Positions 1 through 12,528 are shown, counted from the stretch's first letter. The stretch: DNA of 64,000 bases from Octopus vulgaris (GCA_951406725.2 OX597824.1:82212001-82276000); one strand, 5' to 3'. Translations and numbers: made by a program. The notes: generated by a model from the letters alone, not told the origin.

Positions 1-6
1 TAAATA

Positions 7-45
<39 letters not shown>

Positions 46-672
46 GTATTTATGTATGTATATGCTTCTGCTCATGTATGCATGCACGTATGTATATTTG
101 TATATATGTGTGTGTGTGCGCGCTTATGCGCATGTATGTATATCATACACGTTTGCATGTGTGTGCATATATGTGTGCATATATGTGTGCATTTATGCGT
201 GAGTCACTGTATACAAGTGTGTGCGTGTGTGGGTGCTGGTGTGTACGTGTGTGTGTGTGTGAGTGTGTGTGTATATGCATGAAGGACAATTGCGCATTAT
301 TTACCCCCCCCCCCCGTCTTTTTTGCCCTCTATTTTGTAAACACAACGCTGATCATAAGTCTCATTAGAAAGTGCGCCAATTGCGCTACTTTTAGCTCTT
401 GTGATGACATGTGAGGCCGGGCCTATCCTCTAAGGAGCATGGCCCATGTGAATAGTAATTATGTGTCCGCACATGTGTGTGTATATATGAATGTATATCA
501 CTGTGTATGTTTGTGTATGTGCATACAAGCATAAATATGTATGTATTTATATATATACATATATATATATAGCAATTAAGGGTAAAACTAATTAATTACG
601 AAGTAATCAATAAATTTCACCAAGTAGAATTCGGTATGAAAACAGGACCGTTATACGGTAAATTCTAGTAAA

Positions 673-867
673 ACTAATATTAAGGGGTCAGCAAAAGAAA
701 TGCATCACCGCATACCGAAGTTGAGAAATACCAGCCAAAATCTAAGCCATTTCTTCTACTTAAGTAGACCCTTTTTTTTAAGTAGAAGAAATGGCTTAGA
801 TTTTGGCTGCTATTTTCTGAACTTCGGTATGTGGTGATGCAGTTCTTTTGCTGACCCCTCAATATTA

Positions 868-869
<2 letters not shown>
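673..869. repeat. Long palindrome (~90-bp arms, ~14-bp spacer) between TA tracts; Penelope-like/foldback module
   Basis: actaatattaaggggtcagcaaaag...cttctacttaa is the near-perfect reverse complement of ttaagtagaag...cttttgctgacccctcaatattagt. Confidence 0.85.
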
Positions 870-902
<33 letters not shown>

Positions 903-936
903 CATACATTATATATATATATATAATGTATGAATG

Positions 937-1102
937 TTTTTTTTTTTTATCTAGTTTCAGCTCACGAGCTGTGGCCATGCTGGGGCCTCGCCATTAAAGT
1001 AATGGAATGCTTACAGCCCCTAGGTTTCCCAAGCGGTCACCCATCTAAGTACTAACTAGGCTCGATGTTGCTTAACTTCGGCGATCGGACGAGAACCGGT
1101 GA
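937..1102 (-). mobile_element. 5S rRNA-derived SINE-like retroposon, 5'-truncated, with stem-loop tail and poly(A)
   Basis: Minus strand of 1008-1102 reads caccggttctcgtccgatcgccgaagttaagcaacatcgagcctagttagtacttagatgggtgaccgcttgggaaacctaggggctgtaagc (5S rRNA from about nt 26 to the end), then ...ccccagcatggccacagctcgtgagctgaaactagataaaaaaa. Confidence 0.8.
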
Positions 1103-1185
1103 TATGCATATGTAAGTTTATATATATATGTGCGTGTGTTTGTGTCTGAGTTTATATATACATACATATATATGTATTTATACGC

Positions 1186-1304
1186 TTTACTTGTTTCAGT
1201 CATTTGACTGTGGCCATGCTGGAGCAACGCCTTTAGTCGAGCACATCGAACCCAGGACTTATTCTTTGTAAGTCTGGTACTTATTCTATCGGTCTCTTTT
1301 GCCG
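1186..1304 (-). mobile_element. SINE family A, 3' fragment
   Basis: Matches the tail of the full copies (…ctccagcatggccacagtcaaatgactgaaacaagtaaa). Confidence 0.85.
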
Positions 1305-1422
1305 ATCTGAAAACATATATACATACGTAGGTATGTGAGACATATATATTTAAATACAAACATTTGCACATACGTCATATGAATGTCTTCATATGCATTC
1401 ATATAACTATGAAAATATACAT

Positions 1423-1479
<57 letters not shown>

Positions 1480-1648
1480 AAATGACTTAATTGCATTGCA
1501 ATTAAAAACATTTATGTATTAAGAATTTGGATACTTTACCAACAATATATTGGATAAATGATATCCCATAGTGAGTTACAACCACAACCCCTATTTTACT
1601 TTGTAGTATATATATGTATATATATTCGTATATATATGTATGTATGTT

Positions 1649-1683
<35 letters not shown>

Positions 1684-1825
1684 ACATAAATATGTATGTA
1701 TATATATATGTGTATGTGTATGCGACTATGTATGTATGTTTGTAAGTATATTGGTAAGCATGGATATTCAGCTGTTGCTGCTGCTTATTTCGTTGTTCCC
1801 CACCCTCACCCCCGATTGGATGAGA

Positions 1826-1930
1826 GGCTTTCGTGGCCTGACGCTATAGTAGAAGACACTTGCCCAAGGTGCCACGCAGTGGGACTGAACCCGGAACCAT
1901 GTGGTTGGTAAGCAAGCTACTTACCACACA
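1826..1930 (-). mobile_element. SINE family A, tRNA-like head fragment
   Basis: Reverse complement of tgtgtggtaagtagcttgcttaccaaccacatggttccgggttcagtcccactgcgtggcacc. Confidence 0.85.
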
Positions 1931-1968
1931 ATATATATATATACGTATAAATATGTGTGTGTGTGTGT

Positions 1969-2001
<33 letters not shown>

Positions 2002-2823
2002 ATATTCATAGATACATACTCGCACATGTGCATATAACTATTTGTTATGTGACTAATCGTAGCGAGTGACATAACACCCAGTAACTGCATATTGTTTTAA
2101 ACTCTATGCATTGTGTGCGATGGCGTTGGCAGGGTGTGAGAGAAAATTCTTTACTAAGCGAACTCAAACTCATGTGTGCTAATAATGTTTATTAAAAGAA
2201 TGTGTCTTTAGTGAAAATAGTTTCGTTCCATTTGGTCCCCGGTTCAAATTCCATCCCCGCACCTGTTTGAGTTGCATCTGTCATCAAATCTCCGCGGTGG
2301 GTCCAGAATGTTAAACTGTCTTGCATATGATGACATATATTCGCACATTAACCGCACACTGTTAGAGAAGGAAACCTGCACACACACACGCATAAGTTCA
2401 CACATACGTTTATAAGTAGAGAAATATATATATATATATAAACATAATCGCATACACAAAGGCAAATGTGTACAAGCGTCGTATATATATATATATATAT
2501 ATATATAACAATTTAATAAATAAAACATATGCATAAATACATACATATATGTACATACCTACATGTATATATACATGCATATATGAGTACAGGACACCAC
2601 AAATAAACGTAGAACACAACGAGTAACGAAAACATAAAACCAAACAAGGAAACGGACTTTTTTTAACAACGAAAAAACAGAGTACAAGACAAACAACACA
2701 ACGAACATTCCCCTTCTTCAGCTGCCCCTGTTTCGACCCAATGCGTGACCAGAGTAAGCGCATAAGTGCAAAACAAGATGGCAGAAATAGTACTCGTATA
2801 CCAGAGGTAGAGTGATATGCTCT

Positions 2824-2923
<100 letters not shown>

Positions 2924-3081
2924 ATATTGAGAATAACACGGTAGTCAGAATGTTGGATGATTTGGGGTTTTTTTACATATTTAGTGCTTTCTTCCGCTAT
3001 CGGATTTATCAAGAAAATGGTTTACAGTAGATTATGTATATACATATGTGTATATATTTGTGTGTGTATATATATATATAT

Positions 3082-3316
3082 AGGGAAAGTTTACGAAAAT
3101 AAACAAAAGACGAAGACAGGTGGTGTACAAAACAAACAGATGTATTAGTATAACGCTCAGGAATAGAAAAAGACTTTTACGTTTCGAGCCTACGCTCTTC
3201 TACAGAAGACAACAAAAGAATGAAAGAGACCTCGATATTATGTAAATAGAGGAATTTATCCGTGAATGTAATATGAGACAATTAATCGGTAGCCATGATA
3301 AAACTCCGAGTTTCGG
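3082..3316 (-). mobile_element. Fused fragments of two Penelope-like non-autonomous repeats with a degenerate hammerhead core
   Basis: 3082-3208 is homologous to 35830-35960 (ctgtagaa gagc gtag gctc gaaacgta on minus); 3208-3316 is homologous to 33785-33897. Confidence 0.6.
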
Positions 3317-3651
3317 ACTTATTCTTTGTAAGCCTAGTTCTTATTCTATCGGCCTCTTTTGCCGAACCGCTAAGTGATGGGGATGCAAATGCACCAACGT
3401 TGGTTGTCATACGATGTTGGGGTGGGCAAACACAGTCACAAATAACAAACACACACATACATATATGTACATCTGTATATACGACGGGCTTCTTTCAAAT
3501 CCACTCAAGGCTTTGGCCGGCCTGAGGCTATAGTAGAATACACTTGCTGAATGTGCCACGCAGCAGGACTGAACCCGGAACCATGTACTTGGAAAGCAAG
3601 CTTCTTACTACACAGCCACTCACATATATATGTATGGTTGTGTGTGTTTGT

Positions 3652-3694
<43 letters not shown>

Positions 3695-3897
3695 TGTGTC
3701 TGTATTTGTCCACCAAACATCACTTAACAAACGATGTCGGTGTGTTTACGACCCCGTAACTTAGCATTCGGCAAAAGGAAAAGATAGAATAAGTACTAGG
3801 CTTACAAAGAATAAGTACTGGAGTCGATTTGTTCGACTAAAGTCGCTGCTCCAGCATCGCCGCAGTCAAATGACTGAAACAAGTAACAGAATAGAAT
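3315..3897. mobile_element. Two diverged SINE family A pieces in opposite orientation (3315-3621 minus, 3690-3897 plus)
   Basis: Homology to full copies such as 42202-42628. Confidence 0.85.
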
Positions 3898-4375
3898 AAT
3901 ATATGTGTGTGCGTACGCGCGTGCGCGCGTGTGTGTGTGTGTGTGTATGAAATACAATTAAGATTCTGTTGAACTAGGTACTTAAATTGAGGCACCTTGT
4001 TAGGTCTGACTAACGTGCATAAAAGATCGGAGCCGATCCTTCCTCTATTGTTAGAAGTTTAGACAACTTGGTCACTTGTGTTAATTATCTCCTCCCGTTA
4101 CTATAAACACAAACAACCCTTAAATTCTTCTTTGTTTTTATCAAATATACACTTTTCTGCCAACTGAAAGCCAGCAGAATTAATGGAAATAGTTTTATTC
4201 CGTGAATTTGTTAACTTTGTCGAATGATTTGAACTAATCCTGAATTCACGTGACGATAAACGTCTTTTTTTACAATGATGTAATGATCTCATTAATCAAT
4301 TAAAGGAGTCGTTGGAAACGGTCGTAATCAACTGACAGCTTTGTTACTCACTTATATTGTGTGTGTGTGTGTATA

Positions 4376-4411
<36 letters not shown>

Positions 4412-4473
4412 TGTATGTATGTATGTATGTATGTATGTATGCATGTATGTATGTATGCATGTATGTATGTATG

Positions 4474-4504
<31 letters not shown>

Positions 4505-4746
4505 TCATATCTGTCAGACATATGGAAGAGAGTATAATTCGGCAGGGGTACTTAAACGAGATGCAAAGATACATGATGCCCAGTTACAACTACAGCCGGC
4601 TATTGCTGGTAAAGGTTTTAGCTGCCAATTCTATGCAAGACATTGTAGATCTTTAGCTGGGCTAAAGTGCCACATTCGATCAGAGCACCAATAACAGTTA
4701 AGCTTCGTGCAATGGCCACACTCGATAACGAGGGGGCAGCCATCAT
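4505..4746 (+). mobile_element. RTE-clade LINE 3' end (C-terminal C2H2-like motif plus short 3' UTR)
   Basis: Frame reads KGFSCQFYARHCRSLAGLKCHIRSEHQ*, followed by atggccacactcgataacgagggggcagccatcat and a microsatellite tail, typical of RTE/BovB ends. Confidence 0.7.
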
Positions 4747-4943
4747 GTCTGTCTGTCTGTCTGTCTGTCAGTCTGTCTGCATATATGCATGTATGTATGT
4801 ATGTGGTTATGTATGTATGTATGTATGTATGTATGTATGTATGTATGTATGTATGTATGTATGTATGTACGTATGTATGTTCGTATGTATGTATCACTTG
4901 TTTCAGTCGTTTGACTTCAACCATATTCACGAATAAACCAACA

Positions 4944-5410
4944 CTAGTGCCGCTGAGGGTAATATTCTCTGGGAATGTGCAAAAGCCCTTTTCGGAGTTA
5001 TTTACTTTGAATTGTTATCATCTCATAACTGATTATCCTGTTATTACGTGACAAGCTTCATGATTTTAGTATACATATCTTAGTATTTCCTCCTAAGTTC
5101 TATATACTCTGGGAACGCATTACAGCCCTTTTCGGGGCTACTTTATTTGAACTCTCACTATCGAGTAACTAATTTTATGTTATCAGATAACTGGCTTCAC
5201 AATTTGGGTATTCACAACTTATTGGGAATTCTTAAAACAAGATCCTGTGTAAGACAATTCGCCGTTCTCTGTAAATGCACAAAAACCGGTTTCAGGGCTA
5301 CAAACTTTGTATTGTTGGTATTGGATTAACGGAACAGTTATGAGGACGGAACCCGGGGATAAGCCCCGCTTTCCCTGGAATTCCCGGGAAGAAAAGCTTG
5401 TATAGGTATA
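4944..5410 (-). mobile_element. Possible non-autonomous Helitron-like element with an internal ~140-bp-spaced direct repeat
   Basis: Minus strand ends ...cagcggcaCTAG|t; ctctgggaa...agcccttttcgg...tttgaa occurs at 4967 and 5107; GC-rich hairpins at 5350-5390. Confidence 0.35.
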
Positions 5411-5431
5411 TATATAAGTGTGTATGCATGC

Positions 5432-5480
<49 letters not shown>

Positions 5481-5484
<4 letters not shown>

Positions 5485-5641
5485 TGTGTGGTAAGTAGCT
5501 TGTTTAGCAACCAGATGGTTCCGAATTCAGTCCCACTGCGTGGCACCTTGGGCAAGTGTCTTCTACTATAGCCTCAGGACGACTAAAGCCTTGTGAGTGG
5601 ATTTGGTAGATGGAAACTGAAAGAAGCCTGTCGTATATATG

Positions 5642-5676
<35 letters not shown>

Positions 5677-5890
5677 TTGTGTGTCTGTGTTTGTCCCCCT
5701 AGCATTGCTTGACAACCGATGCTGGTGTGCTTATGACCCCGTTAATTAGCGGTTCGGCAAAAGAGACCGATAGGATAAGTACTGGGCTTACAAAAGAATA
5801 AGTCCCGGGGTCGAGTTGCTCGATTAAAGGCGGTGCTCCAGCATGGCCGCAGTCAAATGACTGAAACAAGTAAAAGAGAAAAAGAAAAAG
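5481..5890 (+). mobile_element. SINE family A (tRNA-derived, internal TA/TG tract), near full length
   Basis: A-box tggctgtgtggtaag, B-box-like gttcagtccc, tail ending (gtaaaaga)n; more than 12 copies in the window. Confidence 0.92.
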
Positions 5891-5901
5891 ATATGTATAT
5901 A

Positions 5902-6414
5902 TCTATATATATAAAACTGTAGTTGTGTGAGTGTCTGTCTCCTTCGATTTAGATTCCTAACTACTCCCACATTTTGCGGTGCAGTTTAACCAAATTCGGG
6001 TATCTTATAGTCAGGATTCATATCGAGCCCGTCTGAGTACTAGCGCGCGTCTACGATGAGTCTACGATTTTTAAAATAATTTAACATCATTTTTTGTTCC
6101 ATTTTAATGCATAATTTTTCGTGTGTCGATGGCGGCGGAGTTGGCGTCCATGGTCACACCTGCACCTGCTTGCTTCTCCCCCTTCTTCCCTCCCTCGTGA
6201 AGCTGTGGGGAAGGGAGTGTAAGGAAATCAACGTCGTAAAGCGTTGTCAAGGAGACCAGCGTTCTTTTAGAACAACGACTTCATGGCTTGAAGACACCAA
6301 AACAGAAATGGCTAAGAAAGCCCGAATTGGCATCTATAAGGGAAGTAACTCTCTAAAAATGCTTATATAGTTATTTCCCTTACAAACCCGAGCAACGCCG
6401 GGCGATACTGCTAG
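5902..6414 (+). mobile_element. Non-autonomous Helitron
   Basis: 5' a|TCtatatatataaaactg; subterminal hairpin cccgagcaacgccggg (6387-6402); 3' CTAG|t; inserted between A and T with no TSD. Confidence 0.85.
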
Positions 6415-6813
6415 TATATATATATATATATTAACTATATATACCACACGCTCACACGGACCCCGGCCTTCTGACTGTCTGACTGACCTATATATATATA
6501 TACATCATAACTTTATGCGATCCGCTATTTTAGACGGAAACTGTACGGAAAAACCATCGGTTAGAGTCTAACTTATGGCTTTCCTTATAGCTTCCGTTAA
6601 ACTTTACGAGTGATTTGGTTAAGAGAAGCCATTTTCCCGTGCGAGAATCCAACAGATTTTTGCCTGAGGATATACAAGTGTCCGTTTATTTCCTTACACA
6701 ACAATTCAAGTATGTAGTTCCGTTGATTGAACAACTGAAAGAGTCATGAAGCAAGAATTCTAAACAACAATCTATCACGTGTGTGTGTGTGTATGTATAT
6801 ATACAAATGTATG

Positions 6814-6862
<49 letters not shown>

Positions 6863-7031
6863 TTGTGTGTGTGAATATACGCACATACACACACCCATAT
6901 ATATATATATATATATACATATATATACACATACATTCATATAAATATATATATATATATACATATAAATATATATTACATATAAATATATATTCATACA
7001 CATATATATATATACATACATATATATATAC

Positions 7032-7076
<45 letters not shown>

Positions 7077-7156
7077 TATATTTATATATATATATATATA
7101 TATATATTACATATAAATATATATTTATATATATATATATATTACATATAAATATA

Positions 7157-7277
<121 letters not shown>

Positions 7278-7398
7278 TATATACATATGTACATACATAC
7301 ATACATATATATATATTTTTATATATGCATACATACATATAAACATACACATAAATATACAAACATACATACAGAGGGGTATAGATAAATAGATAGAC

Positions 7399-7430
<32 letters not shown>

Positions 7431-7818
7431 AAAGAGTACAGAGTGAGTGAGAGTGTTTAGCACTTAAATACTTGATCTATAAAAGTCTAATAGTATCGTG
7501 TATGTATCTGTGTGTAAAGAGCTTTGTGGAGATACTATCAGAAAAGGTATTACTCCGTACTTAATAATATATTGTTTGTTTACATTATATTCCAAATTTG
7601 GTCATAAATGCTTTATTGCTAGTCCCGCTGTCGACGGCGACCTGGAGAAGTTAATAAATCGTCAGATTAAATTGCGTTGCGTCATTTTTTTTATAGCTTT
7701 TTGCCATTGGAGTTCAAGTCACGCTGATTTCTGCCTTGCCTTTCATCTTTTCAGGGTGTCAGTTACAACAGTGCAAGTAACCCCACCCTCTCTCTCTGTC
7801 TCTCTCTCTCTCTGTCTC

Positions 7819-7868
<50 letters not shown>

Positions 7869-7945
7869 TCTCTCGCTCTCGCTGAGAAATCAATCGATGG
7901 CGTTCAAATCTAGAAGAAGGATTGGCATTACTATATTTAAAATCG

Positions 7946-8310
7946 TGGAAGCTCAATGGCCCAGTGGTTAGGACAGCGAACTCGCGGTCGTAGGATCGCG
8001 GTTTCGATTCCCAGACCGGGCGTTGTGTGTGTTTATTGAGCGAAAACACCAAAAAGCTCCAACGAGACTCCGGCAGGGGGGGGGTGATCCCTGCTTTACC
8101 CTTTCATCACTCCTTCTCTCACTCTTTCTTCTGTTGGCCTGCTCGCCAACTACGATGTTTTTCTCATTTCTGCTAGTTGCGGATCTCCCAGAACGTTCGA
8201 CAATAGTGGCACATTTTCGGCCATCTTGGAAACGTCTGAAGGCTAAAACAATGCGAACGCATTGTGACCAGCGATGTGTAGCAACATCTGATGGTCTGGT
8301 CGGTCACGTA
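7946..8310 (+). mobile_element. SINE family B-type head with an alternative tail, interrupted by a mariner fragment
   Basis: tRNA-like head tggcccagtggttagg...ggtttcgattcc; tail matches the reverse complement of 25185-25306. Confidence 0.85.
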
Positions 8311-8341
8311 AAATCATTAGGTCATGCTATATTACAACGGG

Positions 8342-8726
8342 ATCGTGGAGTCGCAATGGCCCAGTGGTTAGGGCAGCGGACTCGCGGTCGGAGGATCACG
8401 GTTTCGATTCCCAGACCGGGCATTGTGAGTGTTTATTGAGCGAAAACACCTAAAGCTCCACGAGGCTCCGGCAGGGGGTGGGGTGAACCCTGCTGTACTC
8501 TTTCACCACAACTTTCTCTCGCTCTTTCTTCCTGTTTCTCTTGTACCTGTATTTCAAAGGGCCAGCCTTGTCACATTCTGTGTGTCACGCTGAATCTCCT
8601 CGAGAACTGCGTTAAGGGTACACGTGTCTGTGGAGTGCTCAGCCACTTGCACGTTAATATCACGAGCAAGCTGTTCCGTTGATCGTATCAGCTGGGACCC
8701 TCATCGTCGCAACCGACGGAGTGCTC
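8342..8726 (+). mobile_element. SINE family B (tRNA-derived), full length with 15-bp TSD
   Basis: TSD ctatattacaacggg at 8327-8341 and 8727-8741; homologous to 18799-19180 and 36866-37248. Confidence 0.93.
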
Positions 8727-9142
8727 CTATATTACAACGGGGGTGCTTTTACAAGCCTATCAAATGTTCAAGGAAGATTGTGTAACACGTTGCTACATCT
8801 GCAAAGGCAGCTCTCACTATTGTTGTTCTTCTTGTGATGGTTGGCTAACCCCAAACTCGTCTGTGTTCACGGAGACACAACGATTAAAAGATGTCGCTAT
8901 GCGTTGAGCTCTTCAACCAGTTTATTAAACAACTTAAGGGTAAAAGGGACTTTAAAGATGAAGTAGCGGGCGATCATACCTTGGATAGGGCCGTTCCCTA
9001 ACATTATAATCACCCCATTTGTATTTATCATACCAAATTCTGGTGCCTTTAACTCCCTCTACCTCTCATCTCCCGGGAATCTATATTTTTTCTAACTTCA
9101 CTATATTTGTATGTGTGTGTGTAAATATATATATATATATAT

Positions 9143-9941
9143 ACTAGGTTTGATCAATACGTATCCGGATAGTTGCCATAGTAACAAAGCTAAGGCACGC
9201 AGAATCGAGCCACTTGGCACAGATTGACCTTGAACTCTGCTGTGCATGACCACTAAGTGTTAAGGTTCTAGCTCACTTTCGCTGTTTACAGAAGTGTTTG
9301 GAAGGAAGATGTGTAGCGTGTGATCGTCGCATTGACCATTACAGAGAATGTTTTCATGGCCATACCTGCTCAGAGGCCTATGCAAAGTTGCAGAGAGTGT
9401 ATGGAGAGGAGTGTTTGAGCCGCTCATGTAAGTACGAGTAGTTCAGACGTTTCCAAGATGGCCGAAAATATGCCACTATTGACGAACGTCCTGGGAGATC
9501 CGCAACCAGCAGAACTGAGAAAAACATCGCAGATGTGCATGGAGCTGTGAGGGAAATCGTCGAATCATCGTCTGTGAGTTATGAGAGGATCTTCAGATAA
9601 GTTACGGCTCAGTTCAGTACATTATCACTAAAGATTTGGGTATGAGACGCGTGTCTGCAAAGTTTGTGCCAAAATTATTTTCAGCTGACCAAAAAAGAGA
9701 CTCGGCTTTCAGTCGAACAATATTTCCTTGATTGTGTCAAGAACGATGAAAACTTTTTGAAAACTTTGCGTAGATCTCTGAGCAGATATCGCAAAGCTTT
9801 TGGCAAAATTTGATGCAGATTCTCTACTCAACTTTCTCTGTTATGATCAATGCGACGATCATCCGCTACACACGTTCCTTCCAAGCACTGCTATAAACAG
9901 CGGAAGTGAGCTAAAGCGTGAAAACTTAGTGCAGGTGCACA

Positions 9942-9944
<3 letters not shown>
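9143..9944 (+). mobile_element. Deleted mariner derivative with long inverted arms and a degenerate N-terminal HTH region
   Basis: Reads ...EAYAKLQRVYGEECLSR...FRRFQDGR...DERPGRSATSRTEKNI...ITKDLGMRRVSAKFVPK with stops and frameshifts; 9830-9944 is a reverse complement of 9238-9349. Confidence 0.85.
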
Positions 9945-9998
<54 letters not shown>

Positions 9999-10009
9999 AA
10001 AAAAAAAAA

Positions 10010-10268
10010 AACAAGGATATCCAAGGTAGTGTAGTACAATCGCTTCATGCTACTTCATTTTATTAAACAACTTAAGTAAACAACTTTAATAAAATGAAGT
10101 AGCATGAAACGATTGTACTACACTACCTTGGATATCCTTGTTGCTTATTTTGATTATAATCACCCCATTTGATTTATATGGAAAACACCATACCAAATTC
10201 TGGTGCCTTTAACTTAAGTACCATATTCATCTGAATCTAAATTTTGCTGAACTTATAATACCATACAT

Positions 10269-10270
<2 letters not shown>
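10010..10270. repeat. Palindromic Penelope-like module (~58-bp arms, 10010-10142) plus unique tail
   Basis: aacaaggatatccaaggtagtgtagtacaatcg...ttattaaa / tttaataa...cgattgtactacactaccttggatatccttgtt; a diverged relative lies at 8921-9105. Confidence 0.75.
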
Positions 10271-10327
<57 letters not shown>

Positions 10328-10353
10328 TTTATTTAAAGCATCAGAAGATTCAA

Positions 10354-10403
10354 CAAAATCTGTTACTCTGAGTTTCTCGTTGCCGTTCATCAGACAGTTT
10401 TTG
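10354..10403 (-). ncRNA. Type I hammerhead ribozyme motif (Penelope-associated)
   Basis: caaaaactgt CTGATGA acg gcaa cga GAAA ct cag a GTA acagattttg: stem I ctgt/acag (extendable), intact core, GUA cleavage triplet. Confidence 0.7.
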
Positions 10404-10669
10404 ATAGAATGGAACCGATATATCAATTCAATCCAGACACTTACAAACGCTACACCTTTAAAAAATGGACTTGCTTGATTGGCCCTTTAGAAGTAACGGT
10501 CAATCTTCGAGCGATAAACAAAAAAATGAGCTCAAAAATATATATGTATATATATATAAAAAATTATAAAAATTATAAAATTCGAGGAAAAACCTTACAT
10601 TGAATAAAATACATATTGACGTTAATGAAGGAAATATAATTAATATATATATATATATATATATACACA

Positions 10670-10875
10670 TGATGAGGTTGCTGAAAATTTCTTGGCTTTG
10701 AGGGTGGCGCGAAAGAGCTGTTTTGAAAGTCCAAGCTCCCGATTTCTCTTAGAAAAACTGAAGGCAAAAGAAACCATGGAATACCTAGACTGAGATTCAA
10801 AGACACAGCAAAATGGAACATGAAGTGGAAAGGAACTGACCATAAGAAATGGTAAACTCAAGCAAAATAACTAAA
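10670..10875 (+). mobile_element. RTE-clade LINE ORF2 C-terminal fragment
   Basis: From 10757 reads TEGKRNHGIPRLRFKDTAKWNMK...W, resembling the RTE GKRxxGRPxLRFKD motif. Confidence 0.65.
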
Positions 10876-11037
10876 CAGTGTGAAGAAAATTTATTAAATC
10901 ATGACGAAGCCATGAACAGTCATATTCGCGACGACTGACTGCAGGGAAAAAGTATATATATATTTGTGTGCGTGTGTATGTGCGTGTGTAAACATATATA
11001 CATATATATACACACGCACACACACACACACACACAT

Positions 11038-11135
<98 letters not shown>

Positions 11136-11414
11136 TGTTGCTTTTCAAGATAATTTATTCCACATATCAATTTGCTTATTATTATGCACACATATATTAT
11201 TATTATTATACACTCACATATATACACACACACGCGCGCACACACTCACAGGCGCACATGTATATGTTTATAAATATAAATATATACATATACATATACA
11301 AATAGATATATATAGATATGTATATATATGTATATGCATCTGTATTTATGTGTGTATATATACATATATATATACATATATATATATACATATACATATA
11401 TATATATATATGTA

Positions 11415-11449
<35 letters not shown>

Positions 11450-11470
11450 GTATACATATACTTATATATG

Positions 11471-11508
<38 letters not shown>

Positions 11509-11882
11509 GATACATACATGTATATATGGATGTATGTATATGCATATGAGTATATAAAGTGTGTGTGTGTTGAGCAGTGGTAGGGGGCAGTGGGAGAGAG
11601 AGAGATCCGGGTCGATTAATGCCATGTGAATGAATTTGGTTGACGGAAACAGTGTTGAAGTTCAAGCTCTATGTGTGTGTCTGTGGGGGGACAATTTCCC
11701 ACTACCACCACCATCCTTTGACTATCGGTGACCCCTCGTATTTCCGTTAGGAAGTCCCGATGTGGGTGAGCGGTAGGGGTTCAGTGGAAACATCTTCTGC
11801 AGTCGATTCGTTGGTTAATCGTTAGTAATTTCTGTGTTGGTCAATCGTTAGTAATTTCTATGAATTGTTTTTGTAACATTTC

Positions 11883-12528
11883 AGTAGTAGTAGTAGCAGT
11901 AATAGTAGTAGTATGGGTGGAGGTGGTGGTGGTGGTGGTTATGGTTGTAGTATTAGTTAGTATTGGTGGTGGTGGTGGTGGTTGTGGTTATGTTAGTAGT
12001 AGTAGTACTGGTGGTGGTGGAGGTTATGGTAGTTGTAATAGTAGTAGTAGTATTGGTGGTGGTTATGGTAGCTGTAGTAGTAGTGGTAGTAGTAGTAGTA
12101 CTGGTGATGGTGGTGGTGGTAGTGGTGGTCGTGGTTATGGTAGTAGTAGTAGTATTGGTGGTGGTGGTAGTGGTAGTAGTTGTAGTTATTGTAGTAGTAG
12201 TAGTAGTAGTGGTGGTGGTGGTGGTAGTAGTTGTAGTTATTGTAACAGTAGTAGTGGTGGTGGTGGTAGTAGTACTAGTAGTAGTACTGTAGTAGTAGTA
12301 GTAGTAGTACTGGTAGTGGTGGTAGTACTTGTAGTTATTGTAGTAGTAGTGGTGGTGGTAGCAGTAGCTGTAGTAGTAGTAGTATTTATTGTTGTAGTGG
12401 TATTTGTAGCAGTATTAATGATGGTGGTGGTAGTGGTGGTGGCGGTGACGGTGGTGTGGTAGTTGTGTAGTTGCGGTTTTAGTGTTGCTGTGGTGGTGGA
12501 GGTGTGGAAGGGTGAGAGCAGTATTAAT

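Noticed and set aside
6-368. The many YI/CV/TH-rich ORFs throughout the ORF track
   Set aside because: Translations of (TA)n, (TG)n and (TATG)n microsatellites.
1008-1102. Functional 5S rRNA gene
   Set aside because: The first ~25 nt are missing, there is no oligo-T terminator, and it is followed by a retroposon tail and poly(A).
2240-2380. Minus-strand exon (VSFSNSVRLMCEYMSSYARQFNILDPPRRFDDRC)
   Set aside because: No recognisable homology, and it overlaps a ggttcaaattcc B-box-like motif suggesting an old SINE.
8346-8420. tRNA genes at SINE heads (also 7946, 19110, 37175, 50180, 59100)
   Set aside because: A/B boxes are present but there is no proper acceptor stem, and each continues into a SINE body, some with TSDs.
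11860-12462. 200-aa Gly/Ser-rich ORF with hydrophobic ends resembling a membrane or structural protein
   Set aside because: It is a translation of GTA/GGT microsatellite, and several frames and both strands are equally open.
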